A DNA stretch of 64,000 nucleotides, from positions 57,102,001-57,166,000 of the forward strand of contig OX597831.1 in the NCBI GenBank assembly GCA_951406725.2. Direction: 5' to 3'. The stretch is from Octopus vulgaris. Lineage: Eukaryota. Shown here in pieces: positions 15,145-29,693 of the stretch; within the stretch, counting starts at the first letter, position 1; each line of letters opens with the position of its first letter. The translations under genes and the position numbers were made by a program. Below the pieces are notes generated by a model, which was given only the letters and a program-made list of their open reading frames with translations, was not told the DNA's origin and did not search any database.

Positions 15145-16186
15145 TAAATAAAGTACTGACTAATTAAAGCAAAATTATCCGGCAGACTTTGAATTAGGAA
15201 TGTAAAGCCATTCTACAAACCACCCACAAGAAGCTCTGCCGATTGTACCACCCATTGCCCTTTATCATCAATACAACGGTTCTTACATAAACACAAAGTC
15301 AGAAACTTTTTAGGGGTTGATTATATCTACTAAATCGTTTTGTTTATTTTATCTATTTTGGAAGGACGAAAGTAGAGTTTGCATCGGCGGCGCTTGAATA
15401 CAGTATCAAAAGACCCGGAGTACATTCTGCAGTGCATTTTATCCGACGATCTAACGACACAACCAATCCATCACTCTTTATGATCAATATAGCAAATATC
15501 GATTATTACACAAGCTATTAAAAACACGCTTTTAAACATATTGGAGTAATGAAAATATTTTTACAAATTCCCAGATGTCCTACTACTGTTAAACAGTTGG
15601 AATAAATGAATAAACGGCAAATGGAAAATAAAACTTCTAGCTGGTATTATCAAATGGTTATGGCTTTAAGAAAAAAACCCGGGTAGAATTTTTAAAACGA
15701 AAAAATAATAATAATAAATAAAAATAAAATTGTTGATGTGCATTATGTTTCCCTTTTGATATTTTAGAATTTTTTGATAAAACGAAAATATTTAAGGAAA
15801 ATAAACGATAATATTTTGGTTATTAATAATTAATAGTAGTAATAAAATAAGGATCTAAAAAGCTTAAAACCCCACCCCGCCAATTCTATCTCTCTCTCAC
15901 TCATTCACTTACGCGCTCTCTTACTACCTCTCTCTCTCTTTCTCTCTCACACATACACACACATTGTTATTTCTTTATTGCCCACAAGGGGCTAAACATA
16001 GAGGGGACAAACAAGGACAGACAAAGGAATTAAGTCGATTGCATCGACCCCAGTGCGTAACTGGTACTTAATTTATTGACCCCGAAAGGATGAAAGGCAA
16101 AGTCGATCTCGGCGGAATTTGAACACAGAACGGAGCGTATACATACAAACAAACATACATATTCATACATATACATACATACACAC

Positions 16187-16234
<48 letters not shown>

Positions 16235-17705
16235 ATATATATGTGCGTTTGTCTATATGTGCATCACCATGTTCTATGTATGCATGATATACATGTATGG
16301 TGTATATGTATGTGTGTTACTTCCCTTTTGTAGTAGTTTATTGAAATGCAACGTAAAATTTTAATATCACTTGTATATCATAACAAAAAAACTTAGCCAC
16401 TAACTGAATCTGATATTTCCCGAACAACACCGGGTATCCTAGCTTTTTCATTGAACGAAAATATTTATTAAAAAAAGCGATAAATTTATATTTTGTTGTT
16501 AATTATAAAAAAAGAACACATACAATAACGATTTCTGAAAGCCTAAAAGCAAAGTAAATAATTAATAAAAAAAAACGTTGATTCATGCATGATGATTAAT
16601 TTTTTAATGATACACAATCTCATAAAACAAACTAGCCGCTAATATAAGCCTTTTTTTCCCAGGCAATGTCAGGTTTGTCGAGTTTCGATGAAACGAAAAT
16701 ATTTATTTAAAAATGAAGGAAGGAAGGAAGAATAATTTTTTTAAATACTAATTATTAATATTAATAACAAAATAACGATTTTAAAAGCCTAAAAGTGAAA
16801 TAAATGATTCTAAAAATTCGATTCATACATGGAGTATTAAAAAAAAAAACATAATTTACGGAAACAGAGAAAATCTATGGAAATGGTTTAGAAAATGTAT
16901 TTCAAACATGGAATCGATATACACAACAAAGAGAAAAGTTTGATCTTTTACATTTTATCAATATGGCCGATTTAATGCAACCGGAAACAACTGCGTTTTG
17001 AAGAACAGTCAACCAAATAGTCTTTTTTTTTTTTTTTGAAAACGTAAACCGGTTATAAAAGAGATGATCGAAATGATAATGTTTAACTAGTCAGTTTAGT
17101 TAACTAACCAGTTACCACCACCACCACCATCACCAACAGCAAGAACAGCTGGAGAAACTAGAAGAAGAACAACAACAACGGCATCAATGCTGGTATCATC
17201 TGGCGTTGCGGATGATAGCAACATGAAAATAAATGCTGGAAAAAAATTGAAATTATATTGTTAGCTGGAAACAGAATTGTCTAAAACGACTGAGAATTAC
17301 AATGAGCGGTACAGCATACTTTTATTCTAAACTGGCAGCATTTGAGAAGCTATTGAGAAGCTGGAGTCTCAGAACAATAACATTACGACTAGGGAGTCGG
17401 TCTGAGGAGAACACTAGCTTAACTTTTCTACTCATATTTTTAGTAACTTATATTATTTTTTCCCTCTAATTGTTGTGACTTATACTGTATTTTTCAATCG
17501 ATAGATATGCCCGTTGGCTTCCATTCAAATTTAAGATTTTTGTATTAAAACTTATAATTTCAACGCTCATAATTACCAGCCTGTATGGCGCACATCTGCC
17601 TACCTACCTACCTATCTACCTACCTACATACCTACTTACATACATACATACACACACACACGCAATATATGCGTGTATGTATATAGATATATATGTATTT
17701 AAAAA

Positions 17706-17746
<41 letters not shown>

Positions 17747-17806
17747 TGATATAGATACTTATACATATGCATATATATATAGACACTTACAGACAAATAC
17801 ACTTAT

Positions 17807-17847
<41 letters not shown>

Positions 17848-17904
17848 AACATATATATCTTATGCATATATACGTATTATAATATACATACATACATACA
17901 TACA

Positions 17905-18165
17905 TGGAGGCGCAATGGCCCAGTGGTTAGGGCAGCGGACTCGCGGTCGGAGCATCGCGGCCTCGATTCCCAGACCGGGCGTTGTGTGTGTTTATTGAGC
18001 GAAAACACCTAAAGCTCCACGAGGCTCCGGTAGGTGGGGGGAATGAGTAACGCTGCGATGGTCTGGCGTCCCGTCCAGCTGTGGGGGTGGGGGCACATAC
18101 GCCGCAGAAACCGGGAAACCGGACCCGCGAGTTTGGCTAGGCTTGAAAAGGACGCATAAATAAAT
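17905..18165 (+). mobile_element. Family-C SINE, tail type 2
   Basis: Family-C head followed by ctgcgatggtctggcgtcccgtccag...gaaaccgggaaaccgg tail. Confidence 0.85.
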
Positions 18166-18389
18166 ATAAAACATACATGCATTCAAACATATATGTATGA
18201 ATGTATGTTTGTATAATAAATCTTAAGTTTGTAATTATATGTACGAATGCTACTGATGAGTTCAGAGCCACACGTAAATTATCATCGTCCAATCTATTTC
18301 CAGTATAGTGGAGTGGTTACTACTGTATTTTATAGTACTACTAGATATGATATACAGAGCAAATATAGAAGAAGGTATGATAGACACGA

Positions 18390-18660
18390 GGTTATATCTC
18401 TTGTTACCTACGCACGTTTCACCATTGTAGTTATTTTCAATTTCTGCATTGGATGTTCCGAGTGCAATTGGAAGTTGAATTGCAACCGGTCATCAGGGGG
18501 ATATTTTATGCATTGCGTTTTGATCTGTGTAACATAATGCATAAAAATGTTTCCCTGATGATCTGTTGTGGTTCAGCATCAAATTGCACTTGGAACATCT
18601 GATGGAGAGGATGTAAATATCAACAATGGTGAAACGTATGTAGGGACGAAACGATATAAA
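18390..18660. repeat. Imperfect ~125-bp-arm palindrome, each arm carrying a hammerhead-like motif
   Basis: 18407-18514 is the reverse complement of 18536-18646. Plus arm: ttcc-CTGATGA...GAAA-cgtatg-TA-ggga. Minus arm: cc-CTGATGA...GAAA-cgtgcg-TA-gg. Confidence 0.75.
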
Positions 18661-19655
18661 TTTGTGTTTAATCATAATTTCTTATACATGCATACATGCA
18701 TGCACGCATATATACATATGTGTTTGCGTATACATATATATATATATATAAATATGTATAAACACACACACACACACACACACACACATGCATATTTATG
18801 TATACACGCACATGCACAGACATAATAATATCAATAATAAAATATCAATAGAGATATTGCTCACATCACATTACGAACGTTTCCATAGACTTGTCATTTA
18901 TTTGCTTAATATTGAATTACATCGTATTACACAGCACATACACACACACATACACATGTGCGCGCGTACACGCACATACACACACATACTGATGGGGATA
19001 ATTCATTAACAAAATTGTCAAATTTTAATACAAAATTCGTTTTGTATTAGACATTAGTTTCAAAATTTGGCATAAGGCTAGCAATTTCGAGAGATAAGCC
19101 AATTACATCGACCCCAGTATTTAACTGGTATTTATTTTATGGATGCCGAAAGGATGAAAGGCAAAGTCGACCCCGGGGGCATTTGAACTCAGAAGTAAAG
19201 TCAGTAGAAATGCCGCTAAACGGGACTTCAAATTTTTACGGACAATTTGTCCAACAAGTTGTAAAAAAGCTTACTTGCTAATTAGGATAGCAATGAATAA
19301 CAATTGTTATTAAAATTCTTTATATATACTATCATAGAAACCCAGGTGGTTTTCTGGTACTCGCTAAATGATATTTATATATTTGATTTCCAACTTGTGG
19401 AATTTTTCTGATGAGTTATGTCTAATTTCCCGTTGTATTCTTTATTCGTCTAATAGCACTCATTCGCTCAATAAATAAATTTTGAACGATAATATGCACT
19501 CAAAGTCAGTGTTAGAAGTTAAGACGAAATCGGGTATTATGTATTGTCTTAATCGCGAAAAAGTATTCTGTTTATCGTATATACAAGTATCAAATTTCGA
19601 ACTTTGTGTCACAATGAACGAGCTTACAGACCTACTATGTATTGGAGAAAATTCA

Positions 19656-20078
19656 TGGAGTGGCTGTGTGGTAAGTAGCTTGCTTACCGACCACATGGTT
19701 CCGGGTTCAGTCCCACTGCGTGGCACCTTAGGCAAGTGTCTTCTACTATAGGCTCGGGCCGACCAAAGCGTTGTAAGTGGATTTGGTAGACGGAAACTGA
19801 AAGAAGCCCGTCATATATATGTTTATATATATGTGTGTGTGCGTGTATGTGTGTGTATGTTTGTGTGTCTGTGTTTCTCCCCCCAACATCACTTGACAAC
19901 TGATACTGGTGTATTTACGTCCCCGTAACTTAGCGGTTCGACAAAAGAGACCGATAGAATAAGTACTAGGATTCCAAAGAATAAGTCCTGGGGTCGATTT
20001 GCTCGACTAAAGGCGGTGCTCCAGCATGTCCACAGTTAAATGACTGAAACAAGTTAAAGAGTAAAAGAGTAAAAGAGA
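19656..20078 (+). mobile_element. Family-B SINE
   Basis: Same organisation as 8796-9222; (gtaaaaga)n tail. Confidence 0.9.
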
Positions 20079-20338
20079 GGAGGTTCGAACACATGTAATT
20101 GTATTACTTGTTAGTTCTTCAGCATTACTTCTCCGTCGATATATATAGAGATATACGTATTTTTGTGAGTTTTAATGTTAATAATCTCTATAAAAATATA
20201 TAATTACTGTTGTACTGAGATAGAAACTGGCTTTTTATCTCATTCCCCTTCATCATATGAACTACGATGACATGAACAGTGATCTCAGAAATGGAATTAA
20301 CTATCGGAAATATAGAACAGATTTCATGTTACAGTTGT

Positions 20339-20418
<80 letters not shown>

Positions 20419-20946
20419 AAGAGAGAGTGAGAGAGAAAGGGAGAGGGAGGAAATAATATCTCACAGTGAATTAAGAATTAAGATTAGTTTTCTGTAGTTG
20501 AAATCATCAATAAAAAACATGATTGAAAAATAACATTTTGGCAAAAATATATTAGTATTGGAATTTATGAGAATCTTCTAGAGAGTGTACATTTTAATAA
20601 TTGTTTTCTTTTTGTAAAAGTTACTCACTACCAACTAATTAATAAGCAGCTTTCTTTATTGTAATATCAATAATAAAATCTGGTATATAAAGTAAAACGC
20701 TAGCCATTTAAAAGTAAGGTGAAAGAACAGTCCCGTATGCAGTAGGAACGTATAGGTGAAAATTCTTTTAATCAAGGAATGCATTTGATATAAAGGTGTG
20801 TGTCTGCATTTCAGTTATATTGTATGAATACGTGATCACGTGTTTGTGAATATACAGTTGTATTTGTATATGTGTTATTGAGTGTGTTTATGTGTTTGCA
20901 TGTGTGTGTATGTGTTGTATGTTTGTGCTGGGTTTTGTTAAAATAT

Positions 20947-21179
20947 ATTTCTTTACTACCCACAAGGGGCTAGACCCAGACAGGATAAACAAGGACAGAC
21001 AAACGGATTAAGTCGATTACATCGACCCCAGTGCGTAACTGGTACTTAATTTATCGACCCCGAAAGGATGAAAGGCAAAGTCGACCTCGGCGGAATTTGA
21101 ACTCGGAACGTAACGACAGACGGAATACCGCAAAGTATTTCGCCCGGCGTGCTAACGTTTCTGCCAACTTGCCGTCTTG
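20947..21179 (-). mobile_element. Family-A SINE, full length, with 18-bp TSD
   Basis: TSD tgggttttgttaaaatat at 20929-20946 and 21180-21197. Confidence 0.92.
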
Positions 21180-22362
21180 TGGGTTTTGTTAAAATATTTG
21201 AGTGAAGTTATTTGGAAAGTTGGAGAAATGTTGACACAGTGAATTAAATAAAGTTTGTATTTTCTCTTTAAAATGTACAATTCTAACAAATATGTACAAA
21301 TGTATTTTTTATTAGTCAAAGTGATTTTAATATTTTTGTTCAGGTCTTCTCTGTTTGCAGGCGAGCGAGTACATGTGTGACTGTATTTAACTCTATTATA
21401 TATTTATGCGGTTTTCTTCAAGACATAGCTGAATATTAAAGACACGATTGAACAGCAAAGAATGGTAAATGTAAAGATCTTTGAATAAACTGAATTTATG
21501 ATACATAGTGTGTAATAATTTCTAAAATAAGAAGCAGGTTGCTTTTTTTCTGTAACTTATATGCTTCGGAAACAAATACATGTGTATATGTATTTATACA
21601 TACATGCATACATACATACATACAAACATTCATGCATGCATACATACGTACATACATACAAACATACATGCATGCATACATACGTACATATATATGGTGG
21701 CTGCCCCCTCGTTATCGAGTATGGCCATTGCACGAAACTTAATCAATGTTGTTATCGTGCAATGCCTGTGCAAGAAGATTTTTTTAAAGTGAGGAAAGGC
21801 TTTGCACTGAGTCAATCCCACTCACCAAGCAACAGCAGCCATAATCCGAAAAGAAGAACAAGTCAACATCAACGGTAACCACTGAGCCGCAGGTTTTATA
21901 TGCATACATACATACATACATATGTACAAACATACATACATGCATACATACATACGTACAAACGTACATACATAAATACATGCATACATGCATGCATACA
22001 TACATACATACATACATACGTACATGCATACGTACATACATACGTACATACGTACATACATACATACATACATACATACATACATACATACATACATACA
22101 TACATACATACATACATACATACATACGTACATACCTACATACACACATACATATCTGTCTAGAGCAAAGTATGGCTGATCTTGGAATCTTGTGGAGAGA
22201 ATGCAAATCTTTAATTCATACGTTACAAATGGTCACGATATCTGGGACTAAAAATCTACAAAGACCTAAAAATGACAATTAAAACAAGATATTTTCCTTC
22301 ATAACCTTCCTACCAAATAGATGGGCGGTCAAAATTTACTCTAAATTAAAAAGAGGAGAAAG

Positions 22363-22402
<40 letters not shown>

Positions 22403-22559
22403 CACGCACGCACACCTTTTATTTTTTCTATACGTTTCAATCATGAAGCTCCAGCCAAGTTGGAGCACCACCGTGACTTTGTACTCTTTCCACAATATTA
22501 TATGATTGATTTCTTCTGGGAGAACAGTTTTCATACCACCACACTTGCATGTGCTTTTC

Positions 22560-22735
22560 TCCTAGTTGTTGGCTCCCTTGGTGTCTGAAGGGGTCTCACA
22601 TTGCTGTCCTAGTTTGTACGTTGGTTCATCTGGTATCATGGATAGGAGAATGTCCAGTTCCGTTTTGAAGACATCAACATCCATATTGTGTAGGTCTCTG
22701 AATTCTTTTAAAAGAGCATTGAAGAGCTGTAGGCT
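22560..22735 (-). mobile_element. CR1-like LINE C-terminal fragment
   Basis: LQLFNALLKEFRDLHNMDVDVFKTELDILLSMIPDEP matches the LFN.LP..LR....VD.FK..LD.FL..IPDEP C-terminus of CR1-group LINE ORF2. Confidence 0.7.
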
Positions 22736-22992
22736 CTAGTTTTTACTTTAGAAATTATTCTTCACTTTAGATGAAATGGTAACTACTAATAGCATTCATT
22801 AAAGATATTCCTTAATTCTTTCTCTCCAAAGAATAGTTGGCTTACATGGAAACCTTTACTCAATGGCATATGATCTACATGTTGAGCTATTCTTGAAACA
22901 ATTGTAAGAAACTTTACGTATTATTTCTTAATCCTTTATATATTATAACCGCTCTGTAATTATGTTTGAATTAAAAACTACATGCTCTAAAG

Positions 22993-23050
22993 CAGTGTCT
23001 GCCAAACTGTGTGCCGCGAGAGATTCCAGAAGTGCCGCGAAAAATATTTT
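22993..23050 (+). mobile_element. hAT-like DNA transposon terminal fragment
   Basis: CAGTGTCTGCCAAACTGTGTGCCGCG resembles hAT (Charlie-type) termini; no matching other end found. Confidence 0.35.
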
Positions 23051-24215
23051 CGGTGTTTTCAGGAAACAACGATCCAAAGTTCGAGGGTAAATATAAATTA
23101 ATTATATAAATCGTAAAATATAGTAAATATGAATTAATTACGTTACACGAAGAAAAACAGTTTTGCTATAATATGAGAGGTGTATGAAAGTTTTGAGCCT
23201 TCAAGGCCTTTGAGCCTTGAAGTCTTGTACCTTCATCAGAAGTCTTGTACCATGTTTTGTTCTTTTGAGGCTCAAGACTTTTCATACACCCTCGTATATT
23301 ACATTTCTAAGGCGGTATTTCGTCTGACGTTACGTTCTGAGTTCAAATTCTGCCGAGGTCGACTTTGCTTTTCATCCTTTCGGGGTCGATTAAATAAGTA
23401 CCAGTTACGCACTGGGGTCGATATAATCGACTTAATCCGTTTGTCTGTCCTTGTTTGTCCTCTAGGAGAAGAGCTAGAGACTATTTTGTTTAATAGGTTC
23501 TCAATTGTTCAGGTATTGAAGAGTGCCTTCCTCCAATACTGATCTCGTTGTTGCTACTGTTTAGTTGTGTTAAGGGTAGTAACAGTAGAACATGATGACA
23601 ATGATGATGATGGGTCACTTGTGGTATTTCGAGGAGGTGAGGAGGTGGATAGCTGAATCTATGTTAATTTATATCTAGGAATGCATCAATATCAACCATT
23701 GTTATTTTAAGACACCTGCTTTAACTCTCCCAGATTAATCCTAACGCATCGTGTGACTGATTTCCCACGCAAAAATTCTCTCTTTATTCACTCAAAAGGT
23801 GTAACATATATTTTCTAGCAAAACGTTTTAGTACCATATAGAAAATGAATAACAAAAGTTAGTGGTTCCCATCCTTAAGCTGACCCATGTTACAGATGCA
23901 AATATACAATTATTCTTCAATCAGAACAATCGATACCAGAATCATTTCTAGGCAAAAGCATCTCGGGTAAAAGGATTGTTAATATGTTATTATTAGAACG
24001 CAAAATGTTCTTTAATGAATGGGAACAAGAAACTTGAATTAACAGCGTAAAGAGGTCGTTGGGTTTCTAAAAAAAGGAAAGAAATATTGATTATCGAAAC
24101 CCTAATTCTCGTATTGAGTATTGTTTGTTGCTCCGAGCGTATATACAAATATATATATATATATATGCGTGTGTGTATGATATATATATGTATATATATA
24201 CATATATGTATATGT

Positions 24216-24262
<47 letters not shown>

Positions 24263-24677
24263 CAGACAGACATTAGCGGTTCGGCAAAAGAGACCGATAG
24301 AATAAGTACCAGGCTTACAAAGAATAAGTCCAGGGGTCGATTTCTTCGACTAAAAGGCGATACTCCAGCATGGCCACAGTCAAAATGACTGAAACAAGTA
24401 AAAGAATAGACGAATAAAAGAATATATATATAGATAGATAAATATATACACATATATATATATGTGTATTGTGCTTTTCTTGGACTATTTTCTTCCGAAC
24501 CATTCCTGTCTCCTCTTTCTGACGAGCAGCCATGCTCGAAGCGTTACACACAGCCACTCTTTCCCTCTACTAACCACTCACGGGGTCGGCCTGATTAAAA
24601 AAGGGAATGATATGTTGGGCTACGGCCTCTAAGAGTAAAGTTGAAAAGATGTGACACACTGACACACTGATATTCGC

Positions 24678-24747
<70 letters not shown>

Positions 24748-24858
24748 GTATATATAACTCCAAGAGGAGCCTCTTCCAGATGGTTATCGATGCAATCTGC
24801 ACCCGAAATGCACTGCAAGCGGGGGAATGAGGCCCTGCTATCTTCCGGCAACGGGACC

Positions 24859-24905
24859 ATCAGACCGTACGGTTTCGAACTAGTTTTGCTCATCATCAGC
24901 GGATT
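24859..24905 (-). ncRNA. Minimal type-I hammerhead ribozyme motif
   Basis: Minus strand atccg-CTGATGA-t-gagc aaaacta gttc-GAAA-ccgtacgg-TC-tgat; GUC cleavage triplet; stem I weakened. Confidence 0.72.
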
Positions 24906-25099
24906 ACTGCTATCTCTATCGGACAGGTGTCCACCACTGAGGTTCGCTCCTCTCTACTTGCAATATATATCGGGTTCAGATTGCATCAATGGTCAGCTAG
25001 AGGGAGCATCTTCTTGGAATTAAAAATGGCAGTAATGTCGGTTCCTACGGAACAGGCATATTGGTGTGGTGATGTTCTTTTGATATAAATAATACCTGA

Positions 25100-25665
25100 C
25101 TCTCTTTTCCTCTTTTACTCTCTTTTACTTGTTCCAGTCATTTGACTGTGGCCATGCTGGAGCACCGCCTTTAGTTGAGCAAATCGACCCCAGGACTTAT
25201 TCTTTGTAAACCTAGTACGTATTCTATCGGTCTCTTTTGCCGAACCGATAAGTTACGGGGACATAAACACACCAGCATCGGTTGTGAAGCCATGTTGGGG
25301 GAAAAAACACAGACACACAAACATACACACACACACACACATACACACACATATATATGTAAAAAAATACAAACTGGGACAAGAACGCAAAACATTTAGA
25401 AGACGATACAAAAAACACGGACGGGACATTCGAAGCCTTCAATCTTCAGTCAAGAACCGGATCATCCTCGCAATTTCAGCTGAAACATATATACATATAT
25501 ACGACGGGCGTATTTCAGTTTCCGTCTATCAAATCCACTCACAAGGCTTTGGTCGGTCCGAAGCTATAGTAGAAGACACTTACCTAAAGTTCCACACAGA
25601 GGGACTGAACCCGGAACCATGTGGTTGGTAAGCAAGCTACTTACCACACAGCCACTCCTACGCCT
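25100..25665 (-). mobile_element. Family-B SINE with a foreign insertion (~25358-25485) in its internal microsatellite
   Basis: Reverse complement of the 19656 copy; an unrelated ~130-bp block interrupts the (CA)/(TA) tract. Confidence 0.85.
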
Positions 25666-25919
25666 ATTGTCGATATTGTTGGTATAATTGCTCTTACCTC
25701 CTTAAACCACCCACCTTACACCGAGTCCTTTAATTCTTGTAAAGCCCTCCTTGTCATTTATTTATTCTTTTCTACTATTTCACTATCCTTCTACCATTCA
25801 ATAACCTTGATTCATGAACACTGGCTAATGAATCAATACAAAATTTCCCCTCACACTTTACAGTCGATGGCATCCCGAAACATGTTTTCTTTCTCTCTCT
25901 CCCCCGTCTCTATCTCTCT

Positions 25920-26010
25920 CTCCACCACCACCACCACCACCACCACCACCACCACCACCACCACCACCACCACAACCGCCACCATCACCACCACCACCAC
26001 CATCATCGTT

Positions 26011-26042
<32 letters not shown>

Positions 26043-26179
26043 TACAACTACCACCTTCTAGTAAATTATTAAAATCATCTTTTAGGACATTTTACACGAA
26101 AAACGAGGCTAACGAATGGTAATTGTGACAGCCGTTGTGTTGTTGTTGTTTTTGATGTTGTTGCTGCCTGTTGTTGGTG

Positions 26180-26212
<33 letters not shown>

Positions 26213-26299
26213 GTAGTGGTGGTGGTAATGGTGACAGTGGCAGTGGTAATAATTGTGATAGGCTGATGGAAATGATGATATGATAATAACGATATGAAA

Positions 26300-26357
<58 letters not shown>

Positions 26358-26379
26358 CGACGACGACGACGACGACGAC

Positions 26380-26411
<32 letters not shown>

Positions 26412-26435
26412 CGACGACGATAATGATGATGGTGA
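25920..26435. repeat. Compound trinucleotide repeats (CAC)n(CAT)n followed by (GAT)n(GAC)n
   Basis: Directly visible; source of the poly-T/poly-H/poly-M pseudo-ORFs. Confidence 0.97.
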
Positions 26436-27068
26436 TCATACTGATTTTGGATGTTGGTGGAAATGGTCATCATTTTCGTCAGTGTGTCTTCATTGACATG
26501 ACAACTTCTTTCACAATAATGATAAGGATAACAACTTGGCCGGTTAATATCTAAGGGAAACGATGAATGTGGTGTATAAAAGAGACACCAGTTAAAGTAA
26601 AATGTAAAACGACTGTATGACCAGAACCCATGAGGATATGTGTGTGTGTGTGTGGGTGGGGGGCAGTCGGTAAATCACTCCTTGAACCGGAGAGTCCAGG
26701 TGGAAGCTGTGACTATTATCCGTGACCACTCCCTGAACAGAAACAAATAACCTCCTTGTATTTTGAAAGAGCACATTCGTTTCTCGCAGCCCGAAGGCAG
26801 GCTGGCTGGCCCTGCCTAATTTCTCTCGGATCCTTTGGAGACAGCGATGGATAAAATGTCTTTGTTCATATGCTTGCGAAGACAAAATTGTCAGGGAACT
26901 AATATCAACAACCACATAATGCAAACCGATGCCAGATGTCAGAAAGACCAAATTGTTGCTATTATGAATTGTCAAACAAACTCCATTGCTGCGTGTGTTG
27001 ACAGAGTTCTTTTTAAGGCTCCTAGATGCATTTCATCAATTCTGATGTAACAGTATTTCCCTATAATA

Positions 27069-27158
<90 letters not shown>

Positions 27159-27171
27159 ACACACACATACA

Positions 27172-27216
<45 letters not shown>

Positions 27217-27528
27217 ATACACACACATGTATATATGTATGTATGTCTTATTCAGTTTTATTTCAAAATTTCTTGCAAATAGAGAAAGATCCGGTTTCTA
27301 ATCTACATCCAAAAATCCATCATTGAAATTTCAACATCAACAGCAGGGTATTTTGCTTGTATGTATGTATGTATGTATGTATGTATGTATGTATGTATGT
27401 ATATGTGCAGATTTCTTTGTTTTGCTTTATGTATGTATACTCATGCGTATAGTTACATATCTAGACATGCTCATATATAATGAAACAATAAACTTCTGGA
27501 AAGCTTTACAGATTTTTAGTTCCAATAT

Positions 27529-28017
<489 letters not shown>

Positions 28018-28668
28018 ATAGGTTGTTTACGAACCTATAACAAAAATTCCCCACAACATATTAGGATCTCTGCCTATAACAACACATTAAGTATTTTCTT
28101 CCCAAGATACCGTATATATATACATATATTTTCTCTTTCTTTTCATTCATTCACATCACCTTGCATACTTTACCTATTTCTTTATTATCACCTTGCATAC
28201 TTTACCTAACTCCTTAACTGCTTTGCTTGCCGAAACGTTTTTCAAACATTTATCTCATTTGCATATATTGCAAAACTTCAAGCAAATTCCAATACTCTTT
28301 TAATTTGTCCCAAATACACATTAAAATCACACGCAGACACGCGCGCAGACATATACATATATGCACAAGCTCGTATGAAATTGAAAAGCATTAAGAAGTC
28401 TCATAAAATTTAAAGAGTTGTTATGTAACTACAGAAAACTTATTTATTTATGAAGTATCAAGGTTAAGTATGTCTGGTGCTGCGCTCTAAACCTCTCCAG
28501 GCTATTGAAAAACCACGGGTATCTCATTAAGTCGGGTACTTAAGGCGTATAAGTAACCGAAAACTAATAAAAGATTTAATACAACTGAAGAACTTGTTAA
28601 TACTCGACTGCCACACATCATTTCAACGAAAACGAATGCGATTGAAAAGATGGTGAATAATGCTGCTG

Positions 28669-28722
<54 letters not shown>

Positions 28723-28744
28723 ATAATAATAATAATGATAATAA

Positions 28745-29280
28745 GTACCAGGCAGTGGCTTTCATAGCTTCTCATTTTAACTGATTGGAAGTGTTATCAT
28801 GTACAATTTTTTTCTTTTGGTATAAAAGATGGGCTACAGCAAATATTCTGCTCAATACCATAGATTTGCTTGTCAATTGTTTGACATTAACCAGTTGAGC
28901 ATGCCCCTTAGTGGCTGACAATATGTGCATCTCTGATCACGAGCAGTAGTGGGGGAACATCATAGCCGTGTTGAGAGGAATTCTTTGGGGGTTTGGATAA
29001 TTCACCTCTGGAAACATGGGTGTTTCGTTCAACATCCTTAAAACAACCCTTATTCAGAAACCTTTGAGCGGTATGGGCTACTCGACCTGAAGAAAATTCT
29101 AACTGGGCCCCATCTGCAAGGTCATACGTTGTTAATCTTGATATGAGATCACTATGTCACGCACATGCATGCGCATGGTGTACCCTTATCACACGGGTCG
29201 TAATGATGGGTATACTGGGCTTTGTGTATTTTACCCCAGTGTGATTTTGATGGCATGAACTGCGCTCTCACTCAATAACA
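28745..29280 (+). mobile_element. Non-coding interspersed element bounded by TAA repeats, probably a Dong-like 3' UTR or non-autonomous partner
   Basis: Unique-looking ~530-bp block between the (CTA)n(TAA)n tract and the tcactc-AATAA(C)AATAAT tail, immediately upstream of the Dong fragment. Confidence 0.45.
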
Positions 29281-29319
29281 ATAATAATAATAAAAATAAT
29301 GAGTAGAAGAAGAACAACA

Positions 29320-29631
29320 ACAACAAATAAATAAACAACTATGACGATTTGAAGTGGGAAGTACGAATGCTGTGGTCAATGAAGAGAGCAGATATGATAT
29401 CAACAGTTATTGGTGCACTTGGAAATATCAGCACTCAACTAACAACATGGCTGAAAAAGACCGGTGTAAGTGTGAAGGTAGAACACCTACAAAAATCAGA
29501 ATTGCTTGGAACGGCAAGAATTCTTCACAGGATTCTTGAAGCATGACCAGTAAACAAATGTCACCTTAGTCAGCTGGCTGTGGACAGCTGACACTTTCCA
29601 TCATACCTAGCAAAATGAGCTGTGAGTTTTC

Positions 29632-29635
<4 letters not shown>
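29320..29635 (+). mobile_element. R4/Dong-type LINE 3' fragment
   Basis: YDDLKWEVRMLWSMK...VIGALG...EHLQKSELLGTARILHRIL, a short 3' UTR, then (TAA)n; also preceded by TAA repeats. Confidence 0.85.

Positions 29636-29692
<57 letters not shown>

Positions 29693-29693
<1 letters not shown>

Noticed and set aside
16400-16840. Two degenerate ~240-bp tandem copies with Helitron-like ends
   Set aside because: Too decayed and AT-rich to classify with confidence.
17905-17980. tRNA-like sequences with A and B boxes (also 30237, 39732, 8796, 60701)
   Set aside because: They continue into SINE bodies and lack a proper acceptor stem; SINE heads, not tRNA genes.
21723-21766. Hairpin cattgcacga...tcgtgcaatg containing a miR-92-like seed
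   Set aside because: Stem too short (~16 bp), seed on the wrong arm, and the rest does not match the miR-92 family.
25851-26554. Poly-His, poly-Met and poly-Thr ORFs
   Set aside because: Products of trinucleotide repeats; no domain or splice support.
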